Shown here: positions 47,541 through 50,000 of the stretch, in pieces
Layout of the letters: each line of letters starts with the position of its first letter
How positions within the stretch are numbered: position 1 is the first letter of the stretch
NCBI RefSeq assembly: GCF_004010195.1
Contig: NW_025214738.1
Span: forward strand, 1-50,000
Direction: 5' to 3'
Length of the DNA stretch: 50,000 nt
Source of the DNA: Chiloscyllium plagiosum
Lineage: Eukaryota
The notes under the pieces: generated by a model
Told to the model about the DNA's origin: nothing
The model's database searches: none
What the model saw: only the letters and a program-made list of their open reading frames with translations
Made by a program: the position numbers and the translations under genes

Positions 47541-50000
47541 AATTTGTGTTTCTGTGTGTACCTTAGACAGTAGGCTGAAGACGTAGGCTGTTATACTGTC
47601 AGAGCTCATAGACCTACCTACCTACTCATTCTAAGTCCCAAGTTCAGTGATAACATGTTGATTATCTTGTCTAAAAAAGATAAAACAGGCCAATAAAGAT
47701 TCAAAGGAATTTTTCTTTTATTCTTTCATGCAACTTGGGCATCACTGTCAAGGCCAGTACAGTGCTTGTTGATACAGTAATCGCTAATTGACCTTGACTG
47801 AATGGCTTGGTACAGCACTACAGAAGGTGGCTATAGGTCAACCACACTACTAAGGGTCTGGAGTCACATGTAAGCCAAAATAGGTAAGATTAGCAGATTT
47901 TCTTCTCATAGGGATGTTAGTGAAACAGTTTTACAACAGTTTTAAGATTACTAAAACTAGCTCAGTTTGCAATCTTTCTAAGTTATAAATCTCTGATCAA
48001 GAGCAATTAATAGGAAATTGATTTTGAAACAACTGGTAACAAACAATTGGCTTCGTGTTGGTTACGTTCTGCAATCAGGTTCTTGTCTACCTTTCAGATT
48101 TCTTGTTCCACATGGTGCCATTGAAAGCATGAAGTACCTGGGAAAGAACCCAAATCTGGTCAGTCAGGCTTAATTGAGCCATTGAGACTGCTGTCTTAGT
48201 TTCATTTGAGAATAGTGAGCTCTGTATGCATTAAAACTATCAGATGCTCTCATCTCAGTCACTGTTTCAAATGTTTGGATACTAACAATCTGACTTGCCT
48301 GCTTACTCAAACATTCCAGAGAGTGGGAGTTCCACCAGAAACCCATTGGCGCTGATAATGGAGCTGGGGGCAAATATATAAATAAATAAATTACAACCGG
48401 GAACAATATTAGAAAATATATCAATGTTTACTATTATTCAGCTGGCAGGGTGCATATTCTGGTTAGTTCCTGGTGTCAAATGTGTAAATACAATCCAAGA
48501 CTCAGGCAATGGCAAGCAAAAGACCTAGGCTACATTGCTTCTGTGAACGCTGACTCGTAACTGCATTTAATTAGTTAATGGAAGACTGCGATTCTAATAA
48601 TTTGCCCACCTGAATATACTTGCAGAACACAATGGTAAATAAATAATACCTTTTGTGTGTTTCAGCAATTCTGCTGAATTGTTCTGAATTAGTAACATCT
48701 AATAAAATATAATTGAAGTGCACATGATGACAGAAGTTACTTATGAGAAAGTGAGGATTGCAGATGCTGGAGAGTCAGAGTGAAAAAATGTTGGTGCTGG
48801 AAACTAATTTCACAAAATTTATTACTGATTTTAAAATAGTCCATCTTACATAATTTTCTGCTCCTCAGCTTTTTTAACTTCTTTAGCGAACATTCCTTCT
48901 AAGTAAATTTAATTTTCCTTGTTCTCTTTCACTTACTCACAAGTCCAATATTCTGTTGGAACGTAGTGAGGGGGAGGTGACTTGGCACTGGATTAGCCAT
49001 TCTGTCTACCACCCTTCTCACTTCTGGGAGAGCAGGATGCGCTTAATTGCCAAAGACAACTCTCAGACAAACCAACAGGAACAAGAAATGATCTTGAATT
49101 TATGAGAGGAATTTTATGCCCTCAGACGAGTGGTTCCCAAGCCTTTTCCCTCCCAGACCCCATTTCAAGGCTAATAAGTTGTTGCAAGCCTCAGTGAGAA
49201 ATGTCAGAGTGGGAGGGCAATTCCCTAGTGGCCAGTGCTTCCTCAATGCTTGCAATCCCAAAGTTTCAGCTCACTTTGGGAAGCCCTTCTTTAGACTCTG
49301 TAAACCATAAAACAATAGGCCAAAGATAAAACGGTGGACTGGGTGACATGGACTATGGCGAGGTTGTGGCAGTATGAGGCGTGAAATACAATGACACCTA
49401 CCTCAATGTAGCGAGCAATTTGCTGCATCTTTGCTGAATGGTAAGGCAAGCAGTAGCAAGTTGCTTGTCAAACATCCTATCAGTGCCACAAATTGTCTCA
49501 ATAACATTGAACTTGCTATCTTACTAGATCAAACAAGCTAGATGTTGTGAATTCTTGACTTGGAAACCAGAGCAGGTGCCTAGTAACTTCAGCTTACCAA
49601 TGGTTCCAAAGGAACAGCATGTTGTACACAGGGCATCAACATCTCAGTGCATACTCCATGGGTACTATCTCATGTCCACAGAAACTGGCATCCAACATAT
49701 CATAACCTCTACAAACCCTCATGGCACATCTCCGATCCACTTACAGGATGCTTCTGCACTTAACAGCTGTCCCTCAGTTCGTGGTACAACTTATCTCCAT
49801 AATGCTGCTGCAAGGGCACTGTGTACTCAGGGACATGCACCCAGGTCATGGCCTGAACCGGGCTGTATTTCCAGCCTGTTCACATGCTGTCATAGCACTC
49901 ACTGACTCTGAGCTTACCTGGATACCAGTCAATTCTGGGATATCTTGGCAGTGGTGTACAGTTATTTGGATGAGAATTGGATGAGAGGGGCACCATAAGG

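Noticed and set aside
48098..48158. Possible 61-nt plus-strand exon (ctttcAG...GTCAGT; FLVPHGAIESMKYLGKNPNL)
   Set aside because: The peptide is not recognised and no partner exons were found. Such splice-like pairs are common by chance, so RNA-seq would be needed.
49555..49984. 116-aa and 87-aa ORFs, possibly a transposase remnant
   Set aside because: No convincing motif. Probably a decayed repeat that I cannot classify.

Overview
AT-rich vertebrate genomic DNA. The repeat content (HE1-type V-SINEs, CR1/HER1-type LINEs) points to a shark or ray. The only protein-coding gene I can support is REXO1 (RNA exonuclease 1 homolog) on the minus strand: CpG-island promoter at about 28.85-29.29 kb, coding exon 1 at 29028-28863, a 27.5-kb intron 1, and exon 2 from 1313 to the left edge of the window. 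The rest is intronic or intergenic and full of decayed SINEs, LINEs, solo LTRs and Tigger/pogo-like MITEs; nearly all ORFs in the supplied track are chance ORFs or TE fragments. The most notable non-obvious signal is a set of about a dozen short insertions from at least four distinct Penelope-like element (PLE) families. They carry minimal type I hammerhead ribozyme motifs (CUGANGA-N-stem II-GAAA-NN-UH), are often arranged as inverted repeats, and most have 8-16 bp target-site duplications. Two copies are still attached to the C-terminus of a PLE GIY-YIG endonuclease ORF, and one hammerhead (35474-35508, minus) is structurally intact. PLE hammerheads are a known class, so the novelty lies in these particular families and their insertion patterns. 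All calls were made by eye and many repeat boundaries are approximate.
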